From Novosphingobium sp. (GTDB lineage: Bacteria; Pseudomonadota; Alphaproteobacteria; Sphingomonadales; Sphingomonadaceae): 64,000 bases of DNA. Under the pieces are notes generated by a model. The model did no database searches and had not been told where the DNA came from. It saw nothing but the letters and a program-made list of their open reading frames with translations. How positions within the stretch are numbered: position 1 is the first letter of the stretch; each line of letters starts with the position of its first letter. The translations under genes were made by a program, and so were the position numbers. This document shows, piece after piece, positions 1-9,110 of the stretch. Location of the stretch: contig JANMOU010000054.1 of the NCBI GenBank assembly GCA_031369495.1, positions 13,195 to 77,194 on the forward strand, read 5' to 3'.

Positions 1-32
1 TCCGGCGGATCGGCTGGCTCTAAGCCGGCCGG

Positions 33-1277
33 TTACGGCGAGATCATGAACTGTTCCCAGCGGCCCTTTGCGCCGGGTTCGGCATAGGTGCTCAGCGTCA
101 GTTCGCGCTTGCCAATGGTCAGCTTGTAGTTGCGATTGACGAAGCCGCCGCGCAGCCGTGGCGGGCGCAGCGGCTCGACCTTAGTCAGCGGCCCGAGCCG
201 CGCCAGAATGCTGCGGAAGTCAGTGCGGGTCTGGCCGGTGAAGTAGTAGCGCGCGTTTTCAGTGAACAGCGCCGGATTTAACCGCCCGCCCCCCAACGCC
301 ACCACCAAGGCTCTGGCTTCGGTGGTGCGCAGGGCTTCGGCCACATTGGCTTGCGCCGATTTGGGCAGGACGATCCCGGCAATTTCGGCGGTTAGTTCGT
401 TTTGGACATTGCCGAAATCGGCATTGGTCAGCACCATGATCGCCACCCGCTCGTCCAGCCAGATCGAATTCTGCGAGAAAAAGCCGACCGATGCGCCGCC
501 GTGGTCGATCACCCAACGGCCGGACTGCAGATACCTCGACACACCCAGACCATAGCCTGTGGTGGTCCCATCGGCGAGCTTGACCGGGGTTTCCATTTCG
601 TCCCAATCCTCGCGCGGCAACAGCGTGCGATTGATCCGGGCAATGTCCCATTTGGCCAGATCGGCAGCGCTCACGCTCGCTTCACCGGCTGCCCACAGCC
701 AGCCATCTGCGGCTGGTTTCGCCGGCCGCACCGGGCCGAGCGCATTGCGGTAAACGCGGTAGGCCTTGATCCCCAGCGGCCGGAATATCCGCGCTTCGAA
801 CTGATCCCACAGCCGCGCGTCGCCAGCCTTCTCGGCGATCAACCCAGCTGCAACATAGCCAGTGTTGGAATACTGCCAGCGGGTGCCGGGTTCGTAATCG
901 AGCGGCTTGAAGCCCCACCGCCGGACGATGTCGATCGGTGCAACCGGCCGTTCCATTGCCGCGAACGAATAGTCCTGCGGCCAGTAATCCTGCAGTCCGG
1001 CGGTGTGCGACAGCAACTGGCGCACGCTATAGTGGCCCCCATGGGGCAGATCGGGCAGCCATTTGCTGACCGGATCATCCAGATCAATCTTCCCGTCATT
1101 TTCCAGCATCAGCAGCAAGGCGGCGAGGAACTGCTTGGAATTCGACGCGATCTGATACGGCAGGGCCGGATCGGCCTGCAGGATAGTGCCAGATGGCTTG
1201 CCCCAAGCCCTGGTCAGAACCACCTCGCCATCCTTGACCACGGCGATCGAAACCGAAGGCACCCCGCTGTCTCTCAA
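33..1277 (-). CDS. serine hydrolase, beta-lactamase/transpeptidase fold (class C / EstB-like)
   Basis: 414-aa ORF with S-x-x-K (SNSK), Y-x-N (YSN) and H-G-G motifs in canonical order. The TTG start lies only about 5 codons before the conserved core and there is no signal peptide, so the N-terminus is uncertain. Confidence 0.75.
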   Translation of the reverse strand: MRDSGVPSVSIAVVKDGEVVLTRAWGKPSGTILQADPALPYQIASNSKQFLAALLLMLENDGKIDLDDPVSKWLPDLPHGGHYSVRQLLSHTAGLQDYWPQDYSFAAMERPVAPIDIVRRWGFKPLDYEPGTRWQYSNTGYVAAGLIAEKAGDARLWDQFEARIFRPLGIKAYRVYRNALGPVRPAKPAADGWLWAAGEASVSAADLAKWDIARINRTLLPREDWDEMETPVKLADGTTTGYGLGVSRYLQSGRWVIDHGGASVGFFSQNSIWLDERVAIMVLTNADFGNVQNELTAEIAGIVLPKSAQANVAEALRTTEARALVVALGGGRLNPALFTENARYYFTGQTRTDFRSILARLGPLTKVEPLRPPRLRGGFVNRNYKLTIGKRELTLSTYAEPGAKGRWEQFMISP

Positions 1278-1390
1278 GGCTTTGGTCGCCGCCGTGGCGG
1301 CGCAGTTCCCGATGGTGATCCGGGTCTACTTCCGGCCGATGTCGACTACTAACCAAGCACAGGATCGGATCGCCACCTGAAGCCTTAAGT

Positions 1391-2260
1391 TCAGATGGTG
1401 GCCCGGCACCAGGCGATTGAACCAGTCGGATCGAGCCAGGTCTTGCTATTCATCCCTTCATCCGCCGCGAAGGCAGCGAGATCGACCTCGTCGCGGTAGA
1501 TCAGGTGCCAGTCCATCACCGCATCCATCCAGCCGATTGCAAGGTGTGCAGGAACGAAATTGGCAAGCAGAAACGTGCCTTGCGGCGCTAGGACTGCCTT
1601 GACCATGCGGAACAGCAGTTTCATCTCGCGCGCATCAAGGTAATCTGTGAGCCCTAAAGTGTAGACCAGGTTGAAAGTCTCATGACGGCTAATTGCACCG
1701 CGCAGGTATGCGAACACGTTTGCCTTTACGCAATTGGCCGCCGCGCCGTGCCGGGTCCGCACAAAGCCGAGCGAAAGTTCGTCCTGATCGACCAGCGTAA
1801 ACCGACTCACTTCTTCGCCGCTCAGCGCGTCGCCCTCGCGAAAGTGTCCGCAGGCTAGGCTGAGAATGCGTTGGTTCTGGCGTGCTGCGTCGAGCACCAC
1901 CTCCGCGGAATACTCGCGGCGCATGCGGACAGCTTCGTAGACTGGAAAGCCGATTGTGCTGTCATAGATGCGGCCACCCAACGCACTGGTCCCGGCGGGG
2001 ATCGTCTGGTCATAGATCAGGTCGATAGTCTCGGCATCACCCGCATAGCCTCGCGGCTTGGTGAAGCAGCGATGAGTACACGGGTCTGTCTGCATGACCT
2101 CATGGAGGCGATGATCGAGATAGGCTTGGCGCGTGGCCGGCCAGTCAGCACGGTTGTGGCTGGCGGCATACAGCTGCCCGGCCAGCATCAGAACCGCCGG
2201 TTCGACCTGGTTGTTTTCGATCAGCCGCAAGGTTTGATCAAAAAATCGGTTGTCATGCAT
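1391..2260 (-). CDS. class I SAM-dependent methyltransferase with N-terminal helical extension
   Basis: 289 aa. Has a motif-I-like ILSLACGHF followed by acidic LVDQD, and a PRGYAGD motif in the N-terminal part. Start overlaps the desaturase stop by 8 nt. Confidence 0.65.
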   Translation of the reverse strand: MHDNRFFDQTLRLIENNQVEPAVLMLAGQLYAASHNRADWPATRQAYLDHRLHEVMQTDPCTHRCFTKPRGYAGDAETIDLIYDQTIPAGTSALGGRIYDSTIGFPVYEAVRMRREYSAEVVLDAARQNQRILSLACGHFREGDALSGEEVSRFTLVDQDELSLGFVRTRHGAAANCVKANVFAYLRGAISRHETFNLVYTLGLTDYLDAREMKLLFRMVKAVLAPQGTFLLANFVPAHLAIGWMDAVMDWHLIYRDEVDLAAFAADEGMNSKTWLDPTGSIAWCRATI

Positions 2261-3176
2261 GGCGGGAGTCCTCTTTAAGTTGCAAATCAGCAGGGTTGAC
2301 TACGTCTGCGGCCAGCCCGCGGCGCTCGAGCCAGCGGATGATGGCAGCGTTGAAATCAGGTTGGGCTGGGGCAACCCCATGTCGGTATGATCGCGGACTA
2401 AGGTGGTGCCCATTGTGCCAGCCCTCGCCAAAAGACAGCAGTGCCAGCCACCTGTTATCGGTGCTACGATCTCCGGTGCGATGCGTTCGGCGGCCCGTCA
2501 TGTGCCCGAACGAATTGACCGACCAGACGACGTTGTGAAGCACTGTGGCACGCAGGCAGCCGCCCCATAGCAGCGCCGACCAGCCCGCCGCCGGGCCGCC
2601 CACACACACGCCGAGCAGGTAGGGCAGCCCAAGCGAAGCTGTTAGCCATAGAAAATGGGTGTGGGTGAAGAACATCACCATCCGATCGCCGCGCAGACCC
2701 TTGCCAAAGACCGACTCATCGGTAACCGAAGGATCGAACATCCATCCCAGATGGGCATGCCAAAAGCCGCGCAAACCGCGCAATGGCGCGCCGTTGGCGA
2801 TGAAATAGGGAGAATGTACATCGCCTGGTCGGTCGACCAGAGCATGATGACGGCGATGATCGAGGACCCAGCGCAGCGGAGAACCCTGAAACGCCATCGT
2901 CCCGCCAGCGCAAAGCAAAGCAGTGATTGTGGGATGCGCACGAAAGCTGCGATGCGAAAAAAGCCGGTGCAGACCCAGTGCAACGCCTAGTCCCGTCCAA
3001 GCATAGAACACCAAAAATGCCAGAACATCGCTCCACCTGGGCGGCCCGTACTGCAGGTTCCAGATGGCAAGAATTGACCCAGCGACCGGCAGCCCGATCA
3101 GAACCAGATTGGTAAGTCTTTTGTAAAACGCAGGCCAACCGCCGAGCGTGATTCCGGGTGGTAGATTCGCTGTCAT
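2253..3176 (-). CDS. membrane acyl (acyl-CoA/acyl-lipid) desaturase, OLE1/stearoyl-CoA-desaturase-like
   Basis: 307 aa. Three histidine boxes (HRLFSH, HRRHH, HNGHH) and hydrophobic N-terminal segments. 4-nt overlap with the upstream ATPase gene. Confidence 0.85.
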   Translation of the reverse strand: MTANLPPGITLGGWPAFYKRLTNLVLIGLPVAGSILAIWNLQYGPPRWSDVLAFLVFYAWTGLGVALGLHRLFSHRSFRAHPTITALLCAGGTMAFQGSPLRWVLDHRRHHALVDRPGDVHSPYFIANGAPLRGLRGFWHAHLGWMFDPSVTDESVFGKGLRGDRMVMFFTHTHFLWLTASLGLPYLLGVCVGGPAAGWSALLWGGCLRATVLHNVVWSVNSFGHMTGRRTHRTGDRSTDNRWLALLSFGEGWHNGHHLSPRSYRHGVAPAQPDFNAAIIRWLERRGLAADVVNPADLQLKEDSRHA

Positions 3177-3829
3177 GGCCGTTCCAATGTCAGAAGTTCG
3201 TCAGCCGCCTGAATGATGGTCCGATCATGGCTGACGCAGATCACGCAAGCTGCATTGGCGCGGGCATAGGATTTGAGCGTTTCGGCAACGAAGGCGGCGT
3301 TGGCGGCATCGAGGCTGGCGGTCGGCTCATCGGCCAGCAGCAGCATCGGGCGGCAGGCCAGCGCCTGGGCGATCGCTACGCGCTGTTTCTCGCCGCCTGA
3401 AAGCTGCGCCGGCAACTGGCCCAACTTGTCCCCCAGCCCAAAGGCGCCAAGCAGGCGCTGGCCTTCCTCGCGCACCTCAAGCCCGCGGATCGCGCCGCCA
3501 AAGCAGACGTTCTCCAGCGCGCTCATCACCGAGACCAAGCGGCTGGTCTGAAAGATCATCCCCAGGTGGGCCCGGCGCCAGACTGCGGCGGCAGGCGGCT
3601 TCAAGCCGCTGAGGTTGAGCGTGCCCCAATGCAGCATGCCCCGGCTGGGCGGCACCGCCAGCGCCAGCAGCGACAGCAGCGTGGTCTTGCCCGCGCCCGA
3701 TGGCCCGCTGACCACGTGCAGCTGGCCCGGCGCGAAGACCCGGCTGAGCGGGGCGAGCATCGGCTTCTCCTGCCCCGAATCGAGCATCGAGCGTGACAGC
3801 GTCTCAAGGATCAAGGGCTGCGCGCTCAT
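3173..3829 (-). CDS. ABC transporter ATP-binding protein (DevA/MacB-LolD type)
   Basis: Walker A GPSGAGKTT, signature LSGGEKQR, Walker B LLLADEPT. 4-nt overlap with the adaptor gene. Confidence 0.9.
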   Translation of the reverse strand: MSAQPLILETLSRSMLDSGQEKPMLAPLSRVFAPGQLHVVSGPSGAGKTTLLSLLALAVPPSRGMLHWGTLNLSGLKPPAAAVWRRAHLGMIFQTSRLVSVMSALENVCFGGAIRGLEVREEGQRLLGAFGLGDKLGQLPAQLSGGEKQRVAIAQALACRPMLLLADEPTASLDAANAAFVAETLKSYARANAACVICVSHDRTIIQAADELLTLERP

Positions 3830-4818
3830 TTGCTGAAGCCGACGGTGACGCGCAGGCCGACCACGCTGGGCAGATCGGGATCGTCGATCACCACGATCGC
3901 CTCGCGCACATCGCGGTCAAAGCGGTCGGTCGGATCGAGCGAGCGGGCGCTGCGGCGGCCCATGATCGAGGCCATTTCCACCACTCGGCCTTTGTAGCGC
4001 CGCGGCGATCCATCGATCCAGACCTCGGCCGGGGCGCCAATCCGCAGCATCGGCACATCGCGCTCGCCCACTTCGGCGCGGACGATCCGTTGTTCCAGAT
4101 TGCCCACGACAATCAGCGGCGTGCCCTGACTGGCCCCGGAAAATTCGCCCTCGCGGCGCATCACCTGCAGCACTTGACCGTCGATCGGGCTGCGGATCTG
4201 GCACTGGGCCAAGGCGGCACGGGCGGCGTCGGACTGGCCTTGGGCGGCGCTGGCGGCGGCTTCGGCCGAGGCGCGCTCCTGCGGGCGTGATCCGTTGGAA
4301 AGCCCGGCGAGTTCGGCCGCTGCGCCATCGCGCGCAGCGCGGGCGGCATCGCGTTCGGCGCTGCGGGCATCAAGTTCGCGGCGCGAGACGAAGCCGCGCG
4401 TGGCCAGAGCCGTGGCCCGCTCGAGCGATTGTTCGGCGCCTCGCAAATCGGCTTCGGCTTTGGCCAATCCAGCAGAGCCCGCAGTAACCGCCTCACGCCG
4501 CGGGCCAGCGCGAACCAGCGCGGCCTCGGCCCGGCTTTGCCCGGCGCTGGCGGCGGCGGCATTAGCGAGGCCGGCGCGCGGCGCGCAGCCAACCTCGAGC
4601 AAGACTTGCCCCTGCTTGACCATGTCGCCGCGGCGGACCAGCACCCGTTCGATCACGCCATCGGCCGCCGCGACCAATTGCCGCGCCTCGCCCGCGCTGT
4701 CGATCCGGCCCACCGCCGTGGCGAGATAGGGCGCGGGCTGCTGGGCGGCCGGCTCGCTGTGCGATGGCGTGCAGGCCCCCAGCGCTAGCATCGCGGTAAG
4801 GGCAAATAGAGCTTTCAT
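3826..4818 (-). CDS. HlyD-family membrane fusion / periplasmic adaptor protein (DevB-like), lipoprotein
   Basis: Track ORF is 3826..4944. Trimmed to the internal ATG giving MKALFALTAMLALGAC (lipobox), which overlaps the permease stop as ATGA at 4815-4818. Ala/Arg-rich coiled-coil middle region typical of MFPs. Confidence 0.8.
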   Translation of the reverse strand: MKALFALTAMLALGACTPSHSEPAAQQPAPYLATAVGRIDSAGEARQLVAAADGVIERVLVRRGDMVKQGQVLLEVGCAPRAGLANAAAASAGQSRAEAALVRAGPRREAVTAGSAGLAKAEADLRGAEQSLERATALATRGFVSRRELDARSAERDAARAARDGAAAELAGLSNGSRPQERASAEAAASAAQGQSDAARAALAQCQIRSPIDGQVLQVMRREGEFSGASQGTPLIVVGNLEQRIVRAEVGERDVPMLRIGAPAEVWIDGSPRRYKGRVVEMASIMGRRSARSLDPTDRFDRDVREAIVVIDDPDLPSVVGLRVTVGFSK

Positions 4819-5978
4819 GTTCTGAACACGGCCTCCGGTCCGAATTGGCGCACGGCGCTGCCCGCGCTGGCGATGCCGACGGCGAGTGCGATCAGCACCG
4901 CGCCTGCGGGAACCAGCGCATCGCCCGCAGCGAACGAAACCCACGGCAGCAGCGGCTTGAGCGCGAGGATCATCAGCGGGGTAAAGACCATCATCGCCGC
5001 CAGCGTGACTGTGGCGACCACCACCGCGATCCCGCCCGCCACCAGCCAGACCTCACGCTGGCCCGCGCCGTGGCCGAGCATCGAGAGCAGGTCCTGCGAA
5101 TAGCGCTGCAAGAACCGCAGCACGCCATTGGCCAGCAGGATCATCATCAGGACCGAAGCCAGGATCGCGGCCAGAATGATCGCGCTGCCAGCCCCGGTCT
5201 TGCGCTGCCAATAGACTGACGAGCTGCGTTCAAATTCGGCCCCGCTGCGCAGCGACAGTTCAGGGAACTGCGCTTGCGAGCGGCCCAGCGCTGCGGCCAG
5301 ATTGGCGTTGCCGGTTGCGGGATCGTCAAACACCAGAAAGGCCGCCGATCCAGGCTCCATCCGCAAGATCCGGCGGCCTTGTTCAAAACTGGTAACGACA
5401 TAGGGCGCGCCCAGAAAGGTCGGCAGGCGGCTGGTGGTTCCGGCCAGCTGCATGGTTTCCCCGCCCAACGTGGCTTGCTGTTCAGGCCCGCCGCGAAGGT
5501 CAAGCCGGGCCAGATCGGACTGATCGGCGATGAAGCTGGTTGCGCTGAGGCGGCGGCCTGCGCTATCGGCGGCATCGTCGACCCCGATCACCGCAACATT
5601 GCCGCGCCGCCCGCTGGGCGAAGTCCAGGTGGTAAAGCCGAATGCGACCCGGCGGACGCCTGCCTGCGGGAAATTCCGCGCGATCAGCCCGGCATAGTCT
5701 TCGCCGATCAGGCCCGGAAAATCGAAACATTCGATCGACCCGGCACTGACCCAGATCGCGCCGCCGACGAATTTCGGCCCGACCGCTCCGGCCCGGACGA
5801 ACGAGGTGTAAACCTGATATTGGAACGAGGTGACAATCGCCGCAACCGCGCAAGCGATCAGCGTCACCTGCAGTGAGCGCAAGTCCCGCACGACCACCGC
5901 CCGCACAAAAGCCAGCGGAGCCGCCAGGCCTGCGCGTGAAGTGGATGCCGGGTGAGGAGTTGCATTCCCATCAGCCAT
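4815..5978 (-). CDS. ABC transporter permease, FtsX-like (DevC-like)
   Basis: 387 aa. One N-terminal TM, a large extracytoplasmic domain and a C-terminal cluster of TM helices, which is the MacB/FtsX topology. First gene of the coupled operon. Confidence 0.7.
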   Translation of the reverse strand: MADGNATPHPASTSRAGLAAPLAFVRAVVVRDLRSLQVTLIACAVAAIVTSFQYQVYTSFVRAGAVGPKFVGGAIWVSAGSIECFDFPGLIGEDYAGLIARNFPQAGVRRVAFGFTTWTSPSGRRGNVAVIGVDDAADSAGRRLSATSFIADQSDLARLDLRGGPEQQATLGGETMQLAGTTSRLPTFLGAPYVVTSFEQGRRILRMEPGSAAFLVFDDPATGNANLAAALGRSQAQFPELSLRSGAEFERSSSVYWQRKTGAGSAIILAAILASVLMMILLANGVLRFLQRYSQDLLSMLGHGAGQREVWLVAGGIAVVVATVTLAAMMVFTPLMILALKPLLPWVSFAAGDALVPAGAVLIALAVGIASAGSAVRQFGPEAVFRT

Positions 5979-6052
5979 GAACCGCTAGGTAGCTTTGCGG
6001 GGATCGGCTGGCCGTGACGGAGATCACGCTGAAGTTTAGAGTTAAATCCGGG

Positions 6053-7303
6053 TCAGGCACTCACCGGCAGGGTCGGCCACAGATCGGCGATCTCGCGCCC
6101 GTCATAAACTGCGATATCGCCGAACTGCAGGAACAGCGCCTCGCTCTGGTCGGGGCGCAGGAACACCGTGTCATCGGGTTTGAGCGTGATCCGGTTCGAA
6201 CCGGTCAGCAGTTCCTGATTGGAACTTCGGCCGAACAGTCTCGAATACTCAAGGCCTTGCGGCGAAACCGGCTTGGCCAGCCAGTGCCCGCCGTGGATGA
6301 AGAAGCCGCGGGTGGTGTTGCGGTCCCACCAGTGTATCGCGCCCGACAAGGCTTCGACCCCCGGCAGTGGCTGGTCGGCACTGGCCTTGATCACCGGGGT
6401 GGCGATGAACGCGGCGGGCGCCAAGTCGGTGAGGTCTTCGTAGTCAAAGTCACCCGGTTTGACGAAGGCTGACCCCACCGAAACCTCGTTCGCCACAGTC
6501 CCGGCGCAGTGGCGGCGGAAAGTCGGGCTGCCGGCACCGTTGAGGGTCAGCGTGGCGTGATCGAGACCTGCGTTTTTGAGCACTGCGATGGCTTTGGCAT
6601 AGGCGGTTTGCGCGTCGGCCCAGGCGCTGTCGGGGCTGGGCATTTTGGGGACGTGCGGATCATAGCCCATCAGGCCCGCGATCTGCACCCCCGCCGCTTT
6701 GGCTGCGGTTACAGCTTCGCCCAGCGCTTGCGGATCGGCGAACCCGCCGCGGTGCAGGCCGACATCGATTTCAAGACTGACCCGCAGCGTGATCCCGCGC
6801 GCCTTGGCCGCCTCGACGTATTCGCGCAGCCGCTGCGGCGTGTCGATCAGCCACTGCATGCGCGGGCCGGGATCGATCGCGGCATCGCTGGAAACGCGGA
6901 TGAACTCGCTGACCGGCAGCGGCTTTCCGCCCAGAAAATCAGCTTCAGGGTGGAGTGGCACCAATTGACGCAACATCTCGGAGCTGAACACCATCAGGCG
7001 CTGGGTGCCCATGCCGCGCAGAATTGCGTCAAGCAGCAGGGGTGAGGGCAGCGACTTGGCCACCACCCGCAGCGGCAACCTGGCCGTATCGACGCTCTTG
7101 CGGACGGCGGCAATGTTCGCGGTCAGCCGGGCCCGGTCGACCACCAGCACCGGCCGGTTCAGCCCGGCGCGCTTCAAGGCGGCGGCCAGACCGTTGAAAT
7201 AGGGATCGTGCATTGCGCCTAACTCCTTGGGCCGGGCGAGCATGGTACCGACACCAGCCAGCGCCAGCGCCCCGCCACCAATCAGGACTGTGCGGCGCTT
7301 CAT
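6053..7303 (-). CDS. alanine-racemase-fold (fold type III, DSD1-like) PLP-dependent enzyme with Tat-type signal
   Basis: 416 aa. N-terminus MKRRTVLIGGGALALAG (twin-arginine). Candidate PLP lysine in RVVAKSLP, and an EIDVGLHRGG motif typical of D-serine dehydratase / D-threonine aldolase-like enzymes. Confidence 0.65.
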   Translation of the reverse strand: MKRRTVLIGGGALALAGVGTMLARPKELGAMHDPYFNGLAAALKRAGLNRPVLVVDRARLTANIAAVRKSVDTARLPLRVVAKSLPSPLLLDAILRGMGTQRLMVFSSEMLRQLVPLHPEADFLGGKPLPVSEFIRVSSDAAIDPGPRMQWLIDTPQRLREYVEAAKARGITLRVSLEIDVGLHRGGFADPQALGEAVTAAKAAGVQIAGLMGYDPHVPKMPSPDSAWADAQTAYAKAIAVLKNAGLDHATLTLNGAGSPTFRRHCAGTVANEVSVGSAFVKPGDFDYEDLTDLAPAAFIATPVIKASADQPLPGVEALSGAIHWWDRNTTRGFFIHGGHWLAKPVSPQGLEYSRLFGRSSNQELLTGSNRITLKPDDTVFLRPDQSEALFLQFGDIAVYDGREIADLWPTLPVSA

Positions 7304-8697
7304 CCGAAGATCCGCTGGACGAATGGATTGAGCATCTGCCCCGCCGGATCAACCGAACGCCGTACCGCCTGCACCTCGGCAAACATCGGGTAAAGCGCTG
7401 TCAACTCCGCCGCGCTGAGCGAATGGAGCTTGCCCCAGTGCGGCCGGCCGCCAGCCTCGCGCAGCACCGGCTCGGCCAGTTTGAACATCCACTCGTGATC
7501 CTCGCGGTACCAGGCATGGACCGCAATCGAGCCGCTTTCGCGCTCGTAGAAGGGGGACAGCCAGGCATCGTCGGGGGCGATGATCCGGGCCTCGATCGGG
7601 AAGAACACGCCGGGCGCATCGCGTTCGATCCGGTCAATCACTTCACGCAGTGCGGCCACCTGTTCGCCAAGCGGCAGATGGTATTCCATCTCCTTGAACC
7701 GCACCGGGCGTTCGTTGGAAAGCAGCTTCCAACCTTCGTCGATTGCCACTTCGGGCGGGATATCGGCCATCGCCGCCTGCGCCGCGCGGCGCCGCAGTGC
7801 CGGGGTGAATTCGAACAGATCGCGCAGGTTCTTCAGCGCCATCAGCGTTTCGACATCCTGATCTGGCCCGCGCGGGCGCACCGGCTCGTCGGTGGTGTCG
7901 TGCGTGATCAGCGCCGATTTTCCGGTGAACGGCAGGACCAGGAATTCGGCATTGCGGTGCCGCTGCGCCAAGGCGGGCCAATCGCGCAGCATCTGCTCGG
8001 TATCGACCAGCGTGACGACTTTCTTGACCCGGCTGAGCGGGCGGTTCTGCAGCGTGACTTCGCTGATCACGCCGAACGCGCCAAGGCCGACCCGGGCGGC
8101 GTGGAACAGTTCGGGGCGCGCATCGCGGCTGCATTCGGCCACTTCGCCGCCGGGCAGGACCAGCCGCATCGCGGTGACTTCGCCGTGGAGCGCTTTCACC
8201 CCTTTGCCGGTGCCGTGGGTGCCGGTGGCAAGCCCGCCGGCGAGGGTCTGCTTGTTGATATCGGGCAGGTTGGGCATCTCCTGCCCGATTGCGGCCAGCG
8301 CCGGGCCGAGCGCGGACAGCTTGGTCCCGGCGCGGACCGTGGCGGTTAGTTTTGCGGGATCATGGCTGACCAAACCCGAGAGCCGGTCGAGCGAGAGCAA
8401 CGTTCCTTCGGTTGGGACCAGCGCGGTAAAGCTGTGACCAGAGCCGACCGGGCGGATCGGGGCGCGGGCCGATTGCATCGCCGCAACCAGCTCGGCCTCA
8501 GTGGCAGGGGCAGCACGGACGCTGGGATAGGCGGTCGCGTTCCCGGCCCAGTTGGACCACAGCACCCGGCCTTGCGGATCCAGCGGCGGCGGAGCCTCAC
8601 CCTCACGGCTTAGGTACCAACGCCGTCCAGCCAGCCCGCTCGCGCCCAGCGCCAGCGCGCCCGCGCCGCCCAGCAGGACCTTGCGCCGGGTCCTCAC
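7300..8697 (-). CDS. FAD-linked oxidoreductase, D-arabinono-1,4-lactone / L-gulonolactone oxidase family, Tat signal
   Basis: VGSGHSF FAD-binding motif and a C-terminal ALO-type PHWGK. Trimmed to the GTG giving VRTRRKVLLGGAGALALGA (Tat-like), which forms a GTGA overlap with the cytochrome c stop. 4-nt overlap with the downstream PLP gene. Confidence 0.8.
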   Translation of the reverse strand: MRTRRKVLLGGAGALALGASGLAGRRWYLSREGEAPPPLDPQGRVLWSNWAGNATAYPSVRAAPATEAELVAAMQSARAPIRPVGSGHSFTALVPTEGTLLSLDRLSGLVSHDPAKLTATVRAGTKLSALGPALAAIGQEMPNLPDINKQTLAGGLATGTHGTGKGVKALHGEVTAMRLVLPGGEVAECSRDARPELFHAARVGLGAFGVISEVTLQNRPLSRVKKVVTLVDTEQMLRDWPALAQRHRNAEFLVLPFTGKSALITHDTTDEPVRPRGPDQDVETLMALKNLRDLFEFTPALRRRAAQAAMADIPPEVAIDEGWKLLSNERPVRFKEMEYHLPLGEQVAALREVIDRIERDAPGVFFPIEARIIAPDDAWLSPFYERESGSIAVHAWYREDHEWMFKLAEPVLREAGGRPHWGKLHSLSAAELTALYPMFAEVQAVRRSVDPAGQMLNPFVQRIFG

Positions 8698-9044
8698 TTG
8701 CCGTCCCCGCGCCCGGCCATGAAGCGGATCAGGGCCGCAAGATCGTCCGGGGTGCATTCAAAGCACTGTCCGCCCGCAGGCATTCCGCCCTTGCCCTGAA
8801 TTGCGGCGGCCAGCAGCGCCTCTTCGCCCAGTGCCCAGCGCGGATCCCACAGCGTGCGGTCCCCGGTCAGCGGGGCGAGCGAATCCGCCACCGTGTGGCA
8901 GGCCTTGCACGACCCGGCATAGAGCTGGGCGAGCCGCGGATTGGCGGGGGAGAGGGCGGCGCTTTGCTCGGCAGTCAGCGGCTGGGGCGGCGCCTCACCG
9001 CAAGCGCTCAACGCCAGCACCGCCAAGACAAACAAAAGCCGCAT
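8694..9044 (-). CDS. class I c-type cytochrome, lipoprotein
   Basis: Heme site CKACH and a distal GGMPAGG Met. Trimmed to MRLLFVLAVLALSAC (lipobox), preceded by a GGAAGAGGGG SD. Confidence 0.75.
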   Translation of the reverse strand: MRLLFVLAVLALSACGEAPPQPLTAEQSAALSPANPRLAQLYAGSCKACHTVADSLAPLTGDRTLWDPRWALGEEALLAAAIQGKGGMPAGGQCFECTPDDLAALIRFMAGRGDGK

Positions 9045-9110
9045 CAATCGCCCCTCTTCCAAGGGGGTCATCATGCGGCCTTTGTTCAATTAGGCAAGGG
9101 GCGGTTGGCG

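Noticed and set aside
402-1352. 316-aa plus-strand ORF over the serine-hydrolase gene. Similar long shadow ORFs occur at 7213-8349, 9465-10661, 19542-20222, 27961-28683, 36612-37949, 38088-39005, 51928-52716 and 61597-62493.
   Set aside because: All lie opposite or out of frame to genes with clear family motifs. They have skewed Arg/Gly/Pro composition and lack SD sequences.
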